NCBI GenBank assembly: GCA_964016885.1
Contig: OZ024764.1
Location: forward strand, 19,716,001 to 19,780,000
Reading direction: 5' to 3'
Source: Eledone cirrhosa
Taxonomy: Eukaryota
DNA: 64,000 nucleotides
A program made the translations under genes and the position numbers. Positions 47,881 through 62,170 of the stretch are shown here, one piece after another. Under the pieces are notes generated by a model. The model was not told the DNA's origin. It saw only the letters and a list, made by a program, of their open reading frames with translations, and made no database searches. How positions within the stretch are numbered: position 1 is the first letter of the stretch; each line of letters begins with the position of its first letter.

Positions 47881-48459
47881 CCATCTACTCGATTGAACCA
47901 ACACCCTACTATTTCTACCAACAGGTTATATCGAGGTATCAAGTGATACTCTTTTCAAGTCAAGACCTCCTCTGCTGTCCTCTGTCTTCCAACTGCCCTG
48001 TTATTCTACAGACTCACGAAACTGGACACCACCTGAAGGAGAGAGTGGTTGGTGTAGTGGTCATCGCTGGCTATTGTCCGAGTGACACAGGTAAAATACA
48101 CTACCTAGACTGAGGTGAAATGTGTACCGTCCATTCCTCATCACCAACACCTTACTTTCTCTATTTTAATTACATTTACTGTTTTTAACTTCATTTTTTT
48201 ATTACAAACTTTACATAATTTAATTCGGTAAAAATATTTTACGACACAAAAAAACATTGAAGCATGCGCAGTGGTGCAGTTGTCGACTTCCTGTCCACGT
48301 GTTAGTCTTCCTACAACATCATTTAGACAACATTTCTGTAAATACTAAACACCTGAAACTATAATGTAAGTATTATGTCTATTAATATTGTAGATTTAAG
48401 CTCACTTTTCACATCACAAATATATATTTTCTTGGCTCAACCTTAAGTCTCACGTCAGA

Positions 48460-49106
48460 AATGAAATTTATTTACATTTTCGATTCATTAAAAACTATTG
48501 TTTATCTGAATACAAAAACTGGTTGGACGACTCCGGGCTGGCACTACGTTAGTTGATGTTTTGGATGTAAATGACATCGTTAATGAGAATATTACACTTG
48601 TTACTCTTATACCTGTCATACACGGTGACAATCTATGTTACAGTGGCTGGTAAGACGGCAGTGACAGTGTCAATTGTCCTGTTTGTAATGAATCCTGTAC
48701 ATTAAACCATTATTCTGAGACTCACAAGAAATGGAGATGGCGATGTAACCCCGACAATGTCTCCCAAGCAGTGCGACATAATTGTTTTTTTCAAGGAAGC
48801 CATGTGCCACTCGATCACCTTATTTTTATTTTATACACGTGGTGCTACAATTATACACAAGCTGAGATGATTCGAGAAACGGGAGTCTCCCAACCGACAA
48901 TTATTGACTGGTGCAATTTTATTCGAGAAATTTGCGAGCAATATTTGGAGGAAAATCGCCAACAACTTGGAGGCTTCGATGACAATGGTGAGTCCATCAT
49001 TGTCGGGATCGATGAGAGCCAACATGGTACCAGAGCTGCTTTATTTCAATCTTATATTGCAGTCTTTGGCGACAGAGAGTTGGTGCCAACAAGTTTGGCG
49101 AGATGA
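48460..49106 (+). pseudogene. Merlin/ISXO2-like transposase remnant (paralog)
   Basis: Near-identical to 8574-9218. Confidence 0.8.
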
Positions 49107-49247
49107 TAAACTGCATTGGAGCAATTGATATGGTGTTTCATTACTGGAAATATAAAATGTTATGGTAATTATCTATATTTTACCTCACACCTTAGGGGTT
49201 AACTACACGCTTTGAGGCAAGCCAACACACTGGCAGCAATACCAGAT

Positions 49248-49560
49248 GGTGAGGCTAAGGTGATTAAATAACCAGGTACCCACACGGGTGTCACCTGACA
49301 CCTCAGTAAGGTGAGGCTAAGGTTCTGAAATAACCAGGTACCCTCACGGGTGTCACCTAACACCTCAGTAAGGTGAAGCTAAGGTGCTTAAATAATCAGG
49401 TACCCTCACGGGTATCACCTGACACCTCAGTAAGGTGAGGCTAAGGTGCTTAAATAACCAGGTACCCTCACGGGTATCACCTGACACCTCAGTAAGGTGA
49501 GGCTAAGGTGCTTAAATAACCAGGTACCCTCACGGAAACGACTAGATTTGTAGAAAAAGT
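49248..49560. repeat. 62-bp minisatellite (~4.5 copies) plus the left stub of the foldback MITE
   Basis: Array, then ggaaacgactagatttgtagaaaaagt, then a deletion junction into Helitron sequence. Confidence 0.85.
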
Positions 49561-49706
49561 GCTCTGATCTACGTGAAACTTATTTTATCCCATCTGTATT
49601 CCCATTTCAGGGTCAACTTCCTTTCAAACTATTTTCCCATTATGCCCCGTTTTGGCTGTATTACATTACAGACAAGACACAATCACAGAGTTTTAGGTTT
49701 ATAATG

Positions 49707-49960
49707 TGTGGTTAGAAAAAGCTATCTCACTTACCGCTTTTCACAGGCGCCGTTAAATTCCACTGCAGGTTACTCCTCTTCCACGTGCGTCCATCTGCTT
49801 AACACCGGGAGCTGCCCAAAACTCGCGTCCACACCGTTTGCTGGTCACCACTAGAGAGAGGCCCTCTGCTGGCCCTTCCGGTCGAGCATCCTTCCAGCCA
49901 AACACCTTCCGGTCGAGCATTCCCTCGCCTCCGGCCACCGCACGCCACACCATACCCACA
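49707..49960 (-). repeat. 3' LTR, 254 bp
   Basis: TG...CA; homologous to 53220-54190; purine-rich tract adjacent on the minus strand (49961-49975). Confidence 0.9.
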
Positions 49961-50088
49961 CGCACCCCTGATCTCAAGGATCAATTTCCCCCTCGTCCCT
50001 CTGCATATGAAAGTCTGCTGTCCAGGTCGGTGGTCTACGACTTTGTTGCGATCTTCGTAGTATTGGGGCAGAGCTCTGGGTTCCCACC

Positions 50089-52537
50089 TCATCTTGGGTT
50101 TCCTCTTCCTCGGAGTCCGTCGACACAGTGATTCTTCTTACGTCCAGGACATGACGTGGTACCCCGTCCACGGACACATTGTTCTTTGAATTTACGGCTG
50201 TCAACCGTTCCCCTTCCCCATTGAGATGTGCAACGTGCATCTGGGGGCTTAACCCAGACTTCTTCGCCTACCTGCACGAATACACTCTCTCTCCCCACTG
50301 GCCGTTGTGGTGGCGTGCACGGGTGCCGCCACTCATATTTGAATATTGCTCTGTGTGGCACCGATTCCTCGACCTGTCCAACCCGAGGGGACATTGTACC
50401 AGAACACTGCCTCCATTGGTGAGATATGGCCCCGCTCCGCCATTGCCTTGATCGTCCGGTGGTGTCGCTCCACGATTCCATTACCGCTCGGCCTCTGCGC
50501 CGCTCTGAAGAAACGGTCCACCTTCCATCCATCGAGCATCTCCCTCAGTGCCTCCGAGCAGAACGCTCCGCCGTTGTCCATCAGCAGTTCGTCCACAGGG
50601 CCCCGCTCCAAGAACACCTCTCTTAACGTCCGCATGATTTCCTCGGCCGTTCCAGTCTTCATCTCCCTCCATATCGCCATCCGTCCTGGTCCACAGTCGA
50701 CCATCGAGAGGTACATTCCCTGTCGGTAGTGCGTTACATCCACCGCCAATCGCTTCCAGTCGCGATCCACCGGGAGGCTTCCTGTTTCATGTACACCCGG
50801 GGCGGAATCAATGGACTGACATCGGACGCAGCCTCTAACCACCCTTTGAACACTGAGACTGTTAACGTCCGAGTCGATTCTCCTGGCTAGGAACAGGCTC
50901 CTATCCACTCCCATGTGGTGCATGTCATGCAACCCTTTCAGATCCGACACACGGCAGCTATCTCATCTTCTACCTCCTCCGGCGCTTCCATCCAGGCTTT
51001 GTTCACCCTAGTTAAGATGTCCGCCCTATTTTTCTCTGAGGGCACGAAAACTACGCTCAGCCTCAGAACGAACTCGGTGGCCAGCTCTCCTAAAGTTCCC
51101 AGGCGGCACTTTATCAGCATCTCCGCCGCGCCTCTCGTTCGCACTCTCTTCTCACTGGTGAGCACTGATCTTACCCATCCGAGTACAGTAGCTGAGTCGG
51201 TGCGTATCTCGATGGTGTGCAGTCCCCACCTCAGGGCGAGGTTCACCCCTCTCAACACTGCGTCCAGTTCGGCCACATTGATGCATTCTCGACCTCAACA
51301 CCTCCTATCTCCAACGTGACACCCAGCGCTATGCTGCTGGCATCGCACCATACGGTCCCGCTCTGTGATTTGGGAACATACCAGCGTCCCTGCACTGGGT
51401 CGTCGGCCTTCACCCTCCCCACGATCTTCTGCATCATGGCCACCGTCCTCTCTCCCACTCTGTCACTCCAAGTCACCCCTCCCGCTCGTCTCTTGACATA
51501 GCTGCATGCCGTCCGGAGCCACCCAGCAATCGGGTAGTGACCCACCAGCTTTCCACACACCGAGAAAATCTCCCGCCTATTCATACTTGGGGCCCAGTTC
51601 CGGGAACATCGTTTCCCCTCTGGAATACCAAGACGCCCGTCCTGTCTCGCCGTAGCCTAAGTCCCAGCGCGGCTCCTCCCTCCAACGCTTCTGACGGCTT
51701 CGCAGTCAGTCCATACCTCCGCAAATGGCTCGTGACCTCCGCCACCACCACCACTGACTCGTCCACTAGGATGTCGTCAATATAGGAGTTAGTAGCCCTC
51801 TTTATCTTGTCGGCCCTCCCCAGAGTGGTCTTGAGGACCGCCGCCATGATCTTCGGTGCAGAGCTCAGCCCGAATCCGAGCCTGGTCAGGCAATATGTCC
51901 GGCCCTTATACCTGACCAGCTGATACCACCAGAGCTTCTCATCTATATGCAACTGCAAGTAAGCCGACTTTAGATCCACGATCGCTGAACCCCCCGTCAT
52001 GCGTCTCTACTCACAAAGCGTTACCCCACAGATATCCGTGACCTCGCCACCCGTGTGGCATGACACGTGCTCGTTCAGCTGCCGATAGTCCAGCACCGGC
52101 CTCACCTTGCTCTTCGTGGGTTGCACCACCGCCATCAACGGCAATACTCTGCACTTCACCTCCTCCTTCCAGGGAAGCAGTATGCCCTCCTCAATCCATC
52201 TCTCTACCTCTCGCTCAAACTCGCTCCTAGCGTTTCCCTTCAATGTGTGTTGATAGCAGCCCACTTTGGTCTTCAGTGTTGGTGGTTCTCCCTTCCAGTA
52301 TCACTCAACAGCCCATCGCTGCCCATCAAACACGGCCTTGAAGTCTTTGTCCTGTACAGTGTAAGCGGGGTATTTCTCCTCGTGGGCCTTTTGGTTCTCA
52401 TGACGTGCACTCACAGCGCATACCGATGCAGCGGCGCCAAACGACACACCGACATTGTTCACCGTGACGTCCCCTAGACGGCCAATCGCGTCCATGCCCA
52501 TAACCGCGCTGATCCCATCCACCACACTGTCTACCAC
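50089..52537 (-). pseudogene. Gypsy pol (partial protease, RT, RNase H, integrase), frameshifted
   Basis: VDLKSAYLQ / FGLSSAP / YIDD (RT); CDAS, AELDA, IRTDS (RNase H); HH-CC, DVTH, MDNG, NGIVER (integrase). Confidence 0.9.
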
Positions 52538-52551
52538 GATGGCGGAAAGCC

Positions 52552-53151
52552 TTATCCTCTAAATGCACGCGGACGGCCGCGTGCCGAGGTTGCCTCCCTT
52601 TCACCATTTCGCTGCCAGGTGTCCTGAGCCTCCGTAGTTGCTATCGCCGCAACACTCTTTTTGGCATCTTCCGCTATGATCCGGGCTTGTTCCACCAGTG
52701 AACGCATTTCCATCTCTTTATAACCTGGGACTTGCTGCAGTTTCACCGCTATGTCGTCTGGAAATCCATTGATGAACGCCAACTGCACCGTGCGTTCGCA
52801 TTCCGCCTGGGAACCGGCCAACATGGCCAACCGCCGTATTTCCGCTGCGAAAATGTCGACGCGCTCACCATTCCACCTGATTCTCGCCAGCTTAACAAAA
52901 GCCGCCAACGGTCCCTCGGCGAATGCATCCATCAGACGCCTCTCAATCTTCTGCACATCTCTTTGGCTGTGCTCGTCCAACTCAAGGAAGAGTACCAACG
53001 CGTCGCCCTCGAGGTACAATGCCATGAGGCCGGCCACGTCCTCTATCTTCTGCAAGCTTGCGACCAGCCGAACCTTCCGCAGCCAAGCGACAACATCACC
53101 TTCCCCGGTGAATGCCCTGATAGCTTCGTTGATTTGTAGTCTTGTCGCCAT
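52552..53151 (-). CDS. Gypsy gag-like protein, 199 aa, C-terminal part probably deleted
   Basis: First ORF after the 5' LTR; FTGEGDVVAWL...LYLEGDA...FINGFPDDI retrotransposon-gag-like motifs. Confidence 0.75.
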   Translation of the reverse strand: MATRLQINEAIRAFTGEGDVVAWLRKVRLVASLQKIEDVAGLMALYLEGDALVLFLELDEHSQRDVQKIERRLMDAFAEGPLAAFVKLARIRWNGERVDIFAAEIRRLAMLAGSQAECERTVQLAFINGFPDDIAVKLQQVPGYKEMEMRSLVEQARIIAEDAKKSVAAIATTEAQDTWQRNGEREATSARGRPRAFRG

Positions 53152-53219
53152 CTTCTGATTTGTCTTGCGGCAAGTGTTTTTTTTTTTTTATTATTTTTTT
53201 TTTTTCAGTCGCCGAAATA

Positions 53220-54190
53220 GCTTTTCACAGGCGCCGCTAAACTCCACTGCAGGTTACTCCCCTTCCACGTGCCTCCAACTGCTTAACACCGGGAGCTGCC
53301 CAAAACTCGCGTCCGCACCGTTTGCTGGTCACCACTAGGGAGAGGCCCTCTGCTGGCCCTTCAGGTCGAGCATCCTTCCGGCCAAACACCTCCGGCCACC
53401 GCACGCCACACACCCTTCCGGTCGAGCACTCCCCCGCCACCGGCCACCACACGCCACACACCCTTCCGGTCGAGCACTCCCCCGCCACCGGCCACCCCAC
53501 GCCACACACCCTTCCGGTCGAGCACTCCCCCGCCTCCAGCCACCCCACGCCACACATCCTTCCGGTCGAGCACTCCCCCGCCTCCGGCCACCCCACGCCA
53601 CACACCCTTCCTGTCGAGCACTCCCCCCGCCTCCGGCCACCCCACGCCACACACCCTTCCGGTCGAGCACTCCCCCGCCTCCAGCCACCCCACGCCACAC
53701 ACCCTTCCGGTCGAGCACTCCCCCGCCTCCGGCCACCCCACGCCACACACCCTTCCGGTCGAGCACTCCCCCGCCTCCGGCCACCCCACGCCACACACCC
53801 TTCCTGTCGAGCACTCCCCCGCCTCCGGCCACCCCACGCCACACACCCTTCCGGTCGAGCACTCCCCCGCCTCCGGCCACCCCACGCCACACACCCTTCC
53901 GGTCGAGCACTCCCCCGCCTCCGGCCACCCCACGCCACACACCCTTCCGGTCGAGCACTCCCCCGCCTACGGCCACCCCACGCCACACACCCTTCCGGTC
54001 GAGCACTCCCCCGCCTCCGGCCACCCCACGCCACACACCCTTCCGGTCGAGCACTCCCCCGCCTCCGGCCACCCCACGCCACACACCCTTCCGGTCGAGC
54101 ACTCCCCCGCCTCCGGCCACCCCACGCCACACACCCTTCCGGTCGAGCACTCCCCCGCCACCGGCCACCCCACGCCACACCATACCCACA
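53220..54190 (-). repeat. 5' LTR with expanded GC-rich 48-bp tandem repeat (~16-17 copies)
   Basis: acccttccggtcgagcactcccccgcctccggccaccccacgccacac unit from ~53385 to 54180. Confidence 0.92.
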
Positions 54191-54244
54191 TAATGTTATA
54201 GTATCATGATAGGGTAATACAGTTATTTATAGACCTGTGGTAGA

Positions 54245-54410
54245 TGTTGGTTCAGTCCACCCTGGGGGGGTGTTAGTGTTGGTTCAGTCCACTCTGGGGG
54301 TGTTAGTGTTGGTTCAGTCCACCCTGGGGGATGTTAGTGTTGGTTCAGTCCACCCTGGGGGATGTTAGTGTTGGTTCAGTCCACCCTGGGGGGTGTTAGT
54401 GTTGGTCAAT
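54245..54410. repeat. ~31-bp tandem repeat, ~5 copies
   Basis: Same unit as 13920-13990. Confidence 0.85.
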
Positions 54411-54449
54411 GATAACCTTTATAATTAGAGGCCTGTTGGTGAAGAAAGC

Positions 54450-56661
54450 TCGTCCTTATTCTAGATATTATGGCCTCTCAACACCCTCCCCACTTGCTAA
54501 TCTGATCACCTAGGTACCGGAAGCTATCAACCACCTCTGTAGATCCTACCTGCATTTGAAAAATGTGTCTATCACTGCGACTTCTACTGTCAAATTTCCC
54601 TGTACATCTACTGCATATGTAGTTTTCCCTACCTGTTAGTTTGCCTGCTATCCCACTACATTTCTTGTGTACTCAAGATCTGCATTGTGTACATTATAGA
54701 ATTTATGCCAGTTCCTTTTCTACATATTGAACAAGGCCATTTCCCTGATGGAATGAGAGTTTTGTCCTCTTTTCTACTTATCAACACTTTTGTATTAGCT
54801 AGGTTCACTCTCAGTCCTTTTGATTCCAACTGCTGTTGCAATAGCCAGAATTTATTCTCTAGCTCCTCTACTGATTCTGCTATAAGAACCATATCGTCAG
54901 CATAGAGAACATGCCATGGGCACCTAGTCTTAAACTCCTCTGTTATGACTTGGAGGACTATAATGAACAAGAGCGGGCTGAGGGCCGAACCCTGATGTAC
55001 TCCTGCATCTGTAATTCCTCACTAAACTCCATGCCTACCCTCACTTTACTGACAGCACCTCTGTACATAGCTTGCACTGTCCTCACAAACTATTCCTCTA
55101 CACCTAGTTTCCTTAGGGACCACCAGATGACAGATTGGGGTACTCTATAAAAGGCCTTCTCTAGGTCAACAAAAACTAAGTATAGTGGTTTATTCTTCTC
55201 TAAGAACCTCTCTTGTAGTTGTCTCACTAAGAAGAGGGCATCTGTTTGACCCTTTCTCTAAGTTGCGCTAGTATTCTTTCTGTGACTTTCATAACCTGAT
55301 CCATCAGTTTTATGCCCTTATAATTACTCCTCTCCAGAACATCCCCTTTATCTTTACCTCAATTTATGAGAATAATGCTGCACCAGTCTTTGGGGGTGAC
55401 ACCACCATATATAGCTTGATTAATGATGCGTGCAGCCAGTTTAATTCCTACTTCTCCTGATGCCTTCAGCATCTCAGCAACTATCCCCAACAATCCAGCG
55501 GACCTACCATTTTTCATTTCCTTAATTGCCTCTTGGACCCTATAGTCGTAAATCTCAATAGCTGGTCCCTCTGTCGGGTCTACTGAGAGTAGTTTCTCTC
55601 CCTGTCATTCTCCACATTCATCAGTCTCTCATAATGACATTTCCAGGCCTCCTTTTTTTTGAGAATCAGTGACACTAAGTGCACCAACATCCTGATTTAC
55701 ACTGACACACTGCCTTGCAATGTGGAACACCGCACATCTCTGATCTCCCCATCGCAGGACATTGGCAAACCTTCTCCTCTCAGCCTCCCTGCATGTTAAG
55801 TAAACCTGACATCTAGCTTCTCTCTTAGCGGCTGTGAATAGGTCTTTACCCCTACCATTTTTCCAAGTCTTTTGTCTCTAATGGCTCTATCTACCGTGCT
55901 GTTCCACCAACAGGTCACCCTCTGTCTGGTTGGAGCTCTGCTCCAGCCACAAATTTTTTCAGTAACCTGCAGTAAGTTGTCACGTAAGAAATTCCAGTTA
56001 TCATCTATGTCATACGACTCTAAATCATCTTCTTTTTCGTCATACACATCTTGAAGGGCTTTTCTAAATTTATATTTTAGTGAAAGGTCTTTTAAGTTTC
56101 CAGACCTTCCTTTTTCACACTTTCTCGTATGTCTCACGTTGTTCTTGCTTACTGAGATGTCACTAACGACTAACCTATGTTGGGGGGTTACATTGTTCCC
56201 TGGGGTATGCCTTAGTATTTGACACCATCTATCTGTCTTACTCCCTAACTAGCAAGAAGTCAATCTGTCTCATGTGCTCACCTGTTTGGTAGGTTATAAG
56301 GTGGTTGGTAGGTTTATTATAACTAGGTCTCTGTCATTGTGGTTATCTCTACTTATTCCTTTTCTACATATGGAGCAGGGCCACTTTCCTGAAGGTGTCA
56401 GGGTCTTCTCTCCTATCCATTAGCACTTTAGTTTTGGCTAAGTATATTCTCAGAACTTACCATTTCAAATTCTATATCTATAGTTGGTCATCTACATAGA
56501 GAAGTTTCCATAGACAGCCAGTCTGTTATGGCTTGGAGAACTATGATGAACAAGTGGGCTAAGAACTAAACCATGATGAACTCCTACCTGTACCTTCAAT
56601 TCCTCACTAAACACACTTTACTGACAGCTTCTCACAAGCCATTCTTCTACACCTAATTTCT
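54450..56661 (-). mobile_element. Old RTE family C (paralog)
   Basis: Collinear with 35728-38091. Confidence 0.85.
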
Positions 56662-56665
56662 TTAA

Positions 56666-56873
56666 CCCTTTAGTATATAAACTGGCCATATCTGGCCAGA
56701 ATTCTCTCACATCTTTCTGTTCAAACTGGCCGTAACTGGTCACTTATACTTATGTTAAGGTATTGTTCTCAAAATAAATAACATGAAAATCTCATAGATT
56801 TGATATTATGTGAGATAAAGCATTTACTGTGAAAATATAATAGTAAATATAGAGTAATGTGAATACTAAAGGG
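56666..56873. mobile_element. piggyBac-type MITE (paralog)
   Basis: TTAA flanks and CCCTTTAGTAT TIRs. Confidence 0.88.
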
Positions 56874-56874
56874 T

Positions 56875-57132
56875 TAATCTAATGTCACTAATAACTACTT
56901 TTATCAGTCAGTATAATATAATGTCACTAATAACTACTTTTATCAGTCAGTTTAATCTACTGCCACTAATAACTACTTTTATCAATCAGTTTAATCTAAT
57001 GTCACTAATAACTACTTTTATCAGTCAGTTTAATCTACTGCCACTAATAACTACTTTTATCAGTCAGTATAATCTAATGTCACTAATAACTACTTTTATC
57101 AGTCAGTTTAATCTACTGCCACTAATAACTAA
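56875..57132. repeat. 39-bp minisatellite, ~6.5 copies
   Basis: Same unit as 16967-17262. Confidence 0.95.
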
Positions 57133-58075
57133 CCTATGTTAGTCAGCACATTCTTCACCAAAGAAGGCCTTAGTATTTATTACAGTCCATTTATCAATAT
57201 AGAAATATTATATGAAATTTGTACTGATGTATTACAAGTTTCTCAGTATCTTATAATGTTCTTTTAATATTTCAGAATACCAGAGGACATTGGCATTAAA
57301 GAGCACGTTACATCAGACATATCCTCAACATTAACCATTTCTAATGAAAGACACTACCCATCATTTCCAAATAATTTTGAAAACACTCAACACTTTGAAG
57401 GGATTTAGTAATATAACTAAATTTCTCAGTATTAAGCTGCTATTTGGAACATAACTTTGCACAATTTCATGAACTTATGATGGAAAGTTTTTAGATAGAT
57501 ATAAAGACTGATATGAAAAAGATAAAACACTTTTATATCAGTTGTTTCATCAACACCATTATTTAAAGACTAAAGGAAGCTGTTATACAGAACAGATTCG
57601 ACCTTGTTTATATAAATCTATGGGAGAAATACTGGGAAATATTTCTTGTAAACTCAATAACACTTCTATTCTTTGCTGTCTGGAATATGTAGAAGATACA
57701 AAATAAAGTTGAAGAAATTCACAAATGATTTTGTAAGATCTTCATATATTGACAAAGATGATAGTTGATGGAACTACAGGAGTAGAAATATTTCCATTAT
57801 TACAGGAATAACTAATCAAATAAAAACCAGAAAAATTAGATTCTTCATTGTCTGGAATTTGTACAAGATGATTTTATATGTATATTAAACTTGAAGAGAT
57901 CTACAAAACAGTTTGTATCATCTTTAAATATAAAGAAAGACCAAAGTTGATGTAAATATGACTGGAGGAATATGTTTTAGGAATAACATTATAAACATAA
58001 AGAAGAAAAATATCCATATATTAAGAGGAGAAAAATATTAAAACTGTGAATTATGTGAGAAACTGAGGTCATTGA

Positions 58076-59212
<1,137 letters not shown>

Positions 59213-59609
59213 CAGTAGTACCTTAACCAAGCATGTGCGTATTCATACAGAAGTTTATTTAACAGGGAGATCTTTTACTCGCCAACCCTTCTTTCTCCAG
59301 ATAGTCTTGTATCTGTCAGTCCCTCTAGATCTTACACCTAGTATCTAGTCTATGTTGAGTGGTACGTCCTTCTCCAGTAAAGGAGTTAATATTCCCAACC
59401 ATCTGTCTATCCTGTTTTCTGATGAGAATGAAGTCAATCTAGTTTATCTCTTCACCTGATTGAAGTAACTAGATCAAGTAACTAGATGGTTTCCTATATG
59501 TTAGTGTTGCAGTGTTTGTGTCACCATGTAAGGTTTATATCTATTAATATAGAGATGTAGTAAAGTTTTCACTGTTGTATCTCTACTTTCTAAATATCTT
59601 AATAATGTT

Positions 59610-59992
59610 TCTCTACTATTTCAGAATATCACATGACTTTGCCAGAAAAAAGTCTTTTAAAGACAACAGAAAGTTGTTACATACAAGTGATATAAACTTG
59701 TTTAGTCTGCGGTGAATTATGGTGAAATATTTCTTCTGAATTGAGATAAATAACAACATTTTCCTTTTTCACTGTCTGGAATATTTACAAGATGATTTTA
59801 CATTCTGATTAAACTTTGGATATTTAGAAATGAGTTTTCAAAATATTTGGATATTGACAAAGATCACATTTGATGAAATTATGAACAATAGAAATATTTA
59901 CATCAACATAGGAATATTTTCCAGTAGAGATGGGAAAATCATTATACCACTAATATTTGTGGTAAAGTATTCTCTCTTCTTTATATGTAGAA
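59610..59992 (+). pseudogene. Relic second ZNF-type exon (paralog)
   Basis: ctatttcAG acceptor-like site, leader, and atgggaaaatcattataccac with a 2-bp deletion relative to 43209. Confidence 0.6.
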
Positions 59993-60118
59993 CATCTAAC
60001 TAAACACTTTAACTAACAAACTATTGTGCTATAGAATTGACAAACTTGAAGAATATTTAATAAATGTTACAGATTTCTCCAAACTGTCGTTTACTAACTT
60101 TAATTTGAAGCTATATTA

Positions 60119-60339
60119 TCTATATACTACTAAAACTCTGTGATTGTGTCTTGTCTGTAATTTAATACAGCTAAAACAGTGCATAATGAGGAAATACTTT
60201 GAAAGGAATAAAACAAGTTTTGTATAAATTGGAGCACAGGTTCCCAAGATACGGGGTTTTCTGGGTACCTTCATAAATATAGGGAGAGAAAGTGATAGTG
60301 GTTGTGAGAGAGTGGGAGCTGATGGTGTTGTTTAATAAA

Positions 60340-60370
<31 letters not shown>

Positions 60371-60467
60371 CGTATGTGTATATTTTAACTATTTAAAAAT
60401 TATTTTAAAATGACTTTTAAAAAATAGTTTTAAAGGAACGTGACCCAACAGGTCCCGGGTGGTCTAG
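60119..60467 (+). mobile_element. Non-autonomous Helitron, uninterrupted, 349 bp
   Basis: A|TC...hairpin...CTAG|T, no TSD, internal (TG)n(TA)n. Confidence 0.85.
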
Positions 60468-60872
60468 TTTGTTACTAATTACTAGATATTAGAGGGTCAT
60501 GTTGTTCTAGATGTGCTGGAAGAGCCATTCCATCTTGTGAGGTTCACACCAGCAGCTAGCCACCTCTGCACCTATGGTGGTATTTATTATATTATTTATT
60601 CTTTATCATTAACATTAATATAAAAGATAATTATATATTTTTAGAGAAGAACCTCTAATTTCATATAGCTTAGGGCTTCAGTAGGTAAAAGTCTGGCCCT
60701 ACTTGTCTTGTATTTTTTAGGGGAGAAGTTAGGGAATACGGTTATTGTGTGAAAGTTTTCTAAATCTTCTTCAGCCACTAACATGGAGAAGATATTTCAG
60801 TAAGAAGGTTCACATCCTGACATCTATAGCTGGTAACAATGAGATTGGAATTCATTATTAAACAAATGTTAT

Positions 60873-61630
60873 ATCATCATCACTGTTTTACATCAGTTTT
60901 TCCACACTGGCATGGGTTAGACGAGTTATCCTGTTGTAAGCAAGGCCAGGTCAGGTGATCACGTGTTGCTTCTACAGAACAAATTTTGGATTGGTTTCTA
61001 CAGCTGGATGCACCAACCTTATTTACATTAAGTACTGGGTGCATTTTACCATCTCACCATCACGACCACTCTACAGTGTGGGCTGGGTGCTTTTTGTTGT
61101 TACAGCTACATCACCACTTTAAAGTGTGCGTTGGGTGCTTTTTGTTGTGACACCTACATGACCACTTTACAGTTTGGACTGGGTACTTTTTGTTGTGACA
61201 CCAACATGACCATTTTAAAGTTTTGGCTGGGTACTTTTTGTTGTCACCTACATGACCACTTTACAGTTTGGGCTGGGTGCTTTTTGCCGTGACACCTACG
61301 CAACTGCTTTACAGTGTGGGCTGGTTTCTTTTTGTCATATCACCTACATGACCAGCTTATAGTGTTGGCTGTGTGTTCTTTACAGTGTGGGCTGGTTTCT
61401 TTTTGTCATATCACCTACATGACCACCTTATAGTGTTGGCTGTGTGTTCTTTGCAGTGTGGGCTGGTTTCTTTTTGTCATATCACCTACATGACCACCTT
61501 ATAATGTTGACTGTGTGTTCTTTACAGTGTGGGCTGGTTTCTTTTTGTCACATCACATACATGACCACCTTCTAATGTTGACTGTGTGTTCTTTACAGTG
61601 TGGGTTGGGTGCTTTTTGTCATATCTCCTA
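60873..61630 (-). repeat. Old RTE 3' tail plus 48-bp (~5 copies) and ~71-bp (~4 copies) minisatellite
   Basis: Paralog of 21654-25830 without the RTE-B insertion. Confidence 0.88.
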
Positions 61631-61632
61631 CC

Positions 61633-62170
61633 CAACCACTTTGCCGTGTAGGCAGTGAAATATCAGTAATGCACCAGCTCCAATATTCAGTAATCAGAAG
61701 GGAGGTAGGCATAAAAGCCAAACTTGCTGTCTTCAATTTAGTTTTTGTGCCAACCCTTACCAATGGTCACATATCTTGGGTAATGACCAAAATAATATGA
61801 TTGGGAATACAAATGGCAGATATGGGATTCCTCTGAAGGGTTTTGAAGGAACTTTTCTCAATAAAGTGCATAGCTCTGAGATCAGAGAGTCACTCCAGGT
61901 GGAGCTGTTACTTCTCCTAATTAAGAGATCACAGCTGCAATACTATGGCCATGTGGTTAGAATGTCTGAGGAAAGAATCACTGGATAGATTTTACAGGCT
62001 AAACTAACCAGCAGGAGACCCAGGGGTAGACTTGAGCAAGACGGTCACATAACATCCATGAGCTTGGCTGGTCTCTCTGGGAGATCCAGCCAGATCAGTT
62101 GGAGTGGGTTGCTTCTGACAGGACCTGTTGAAGGGAGTGTTTGAGGACTCTGCCCCCAAGACCCTCTCTG
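61633..62170 (+). mobile_element. Old RTE (Expander-like) fragment (paralog)
   Basis: Collinear with 25845-26370. Confidence 0.75.

Larger units (their letters stand above)
49707..54190 (-). mobile_element. Gypsy/Ty3-type LTR retrotransposon, 4484 bp, defective
   Basis: TGTGG...CCACA ends; TAATG TSD at 49702-49706 and 54191-54195; empty sites at ~13867 and ~34908; gag-(PR)-RT-RH-IN order. Confidence 0.95.

Noticed and set aside
53205-53225. Splicing as the cause of the missing 5' LTR end (GTAAGT donor on the minus strand of the 3' LTR)
   Set aside because: The breakpoint is one base off the GT, and loss of the PBS would block normal reverse transcription.
53237-54209. Long Gly/Arg/Pro-rich ORFs in several frames
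   Set aside because: GC-rich LTR tandem repeat lacking stop codons.
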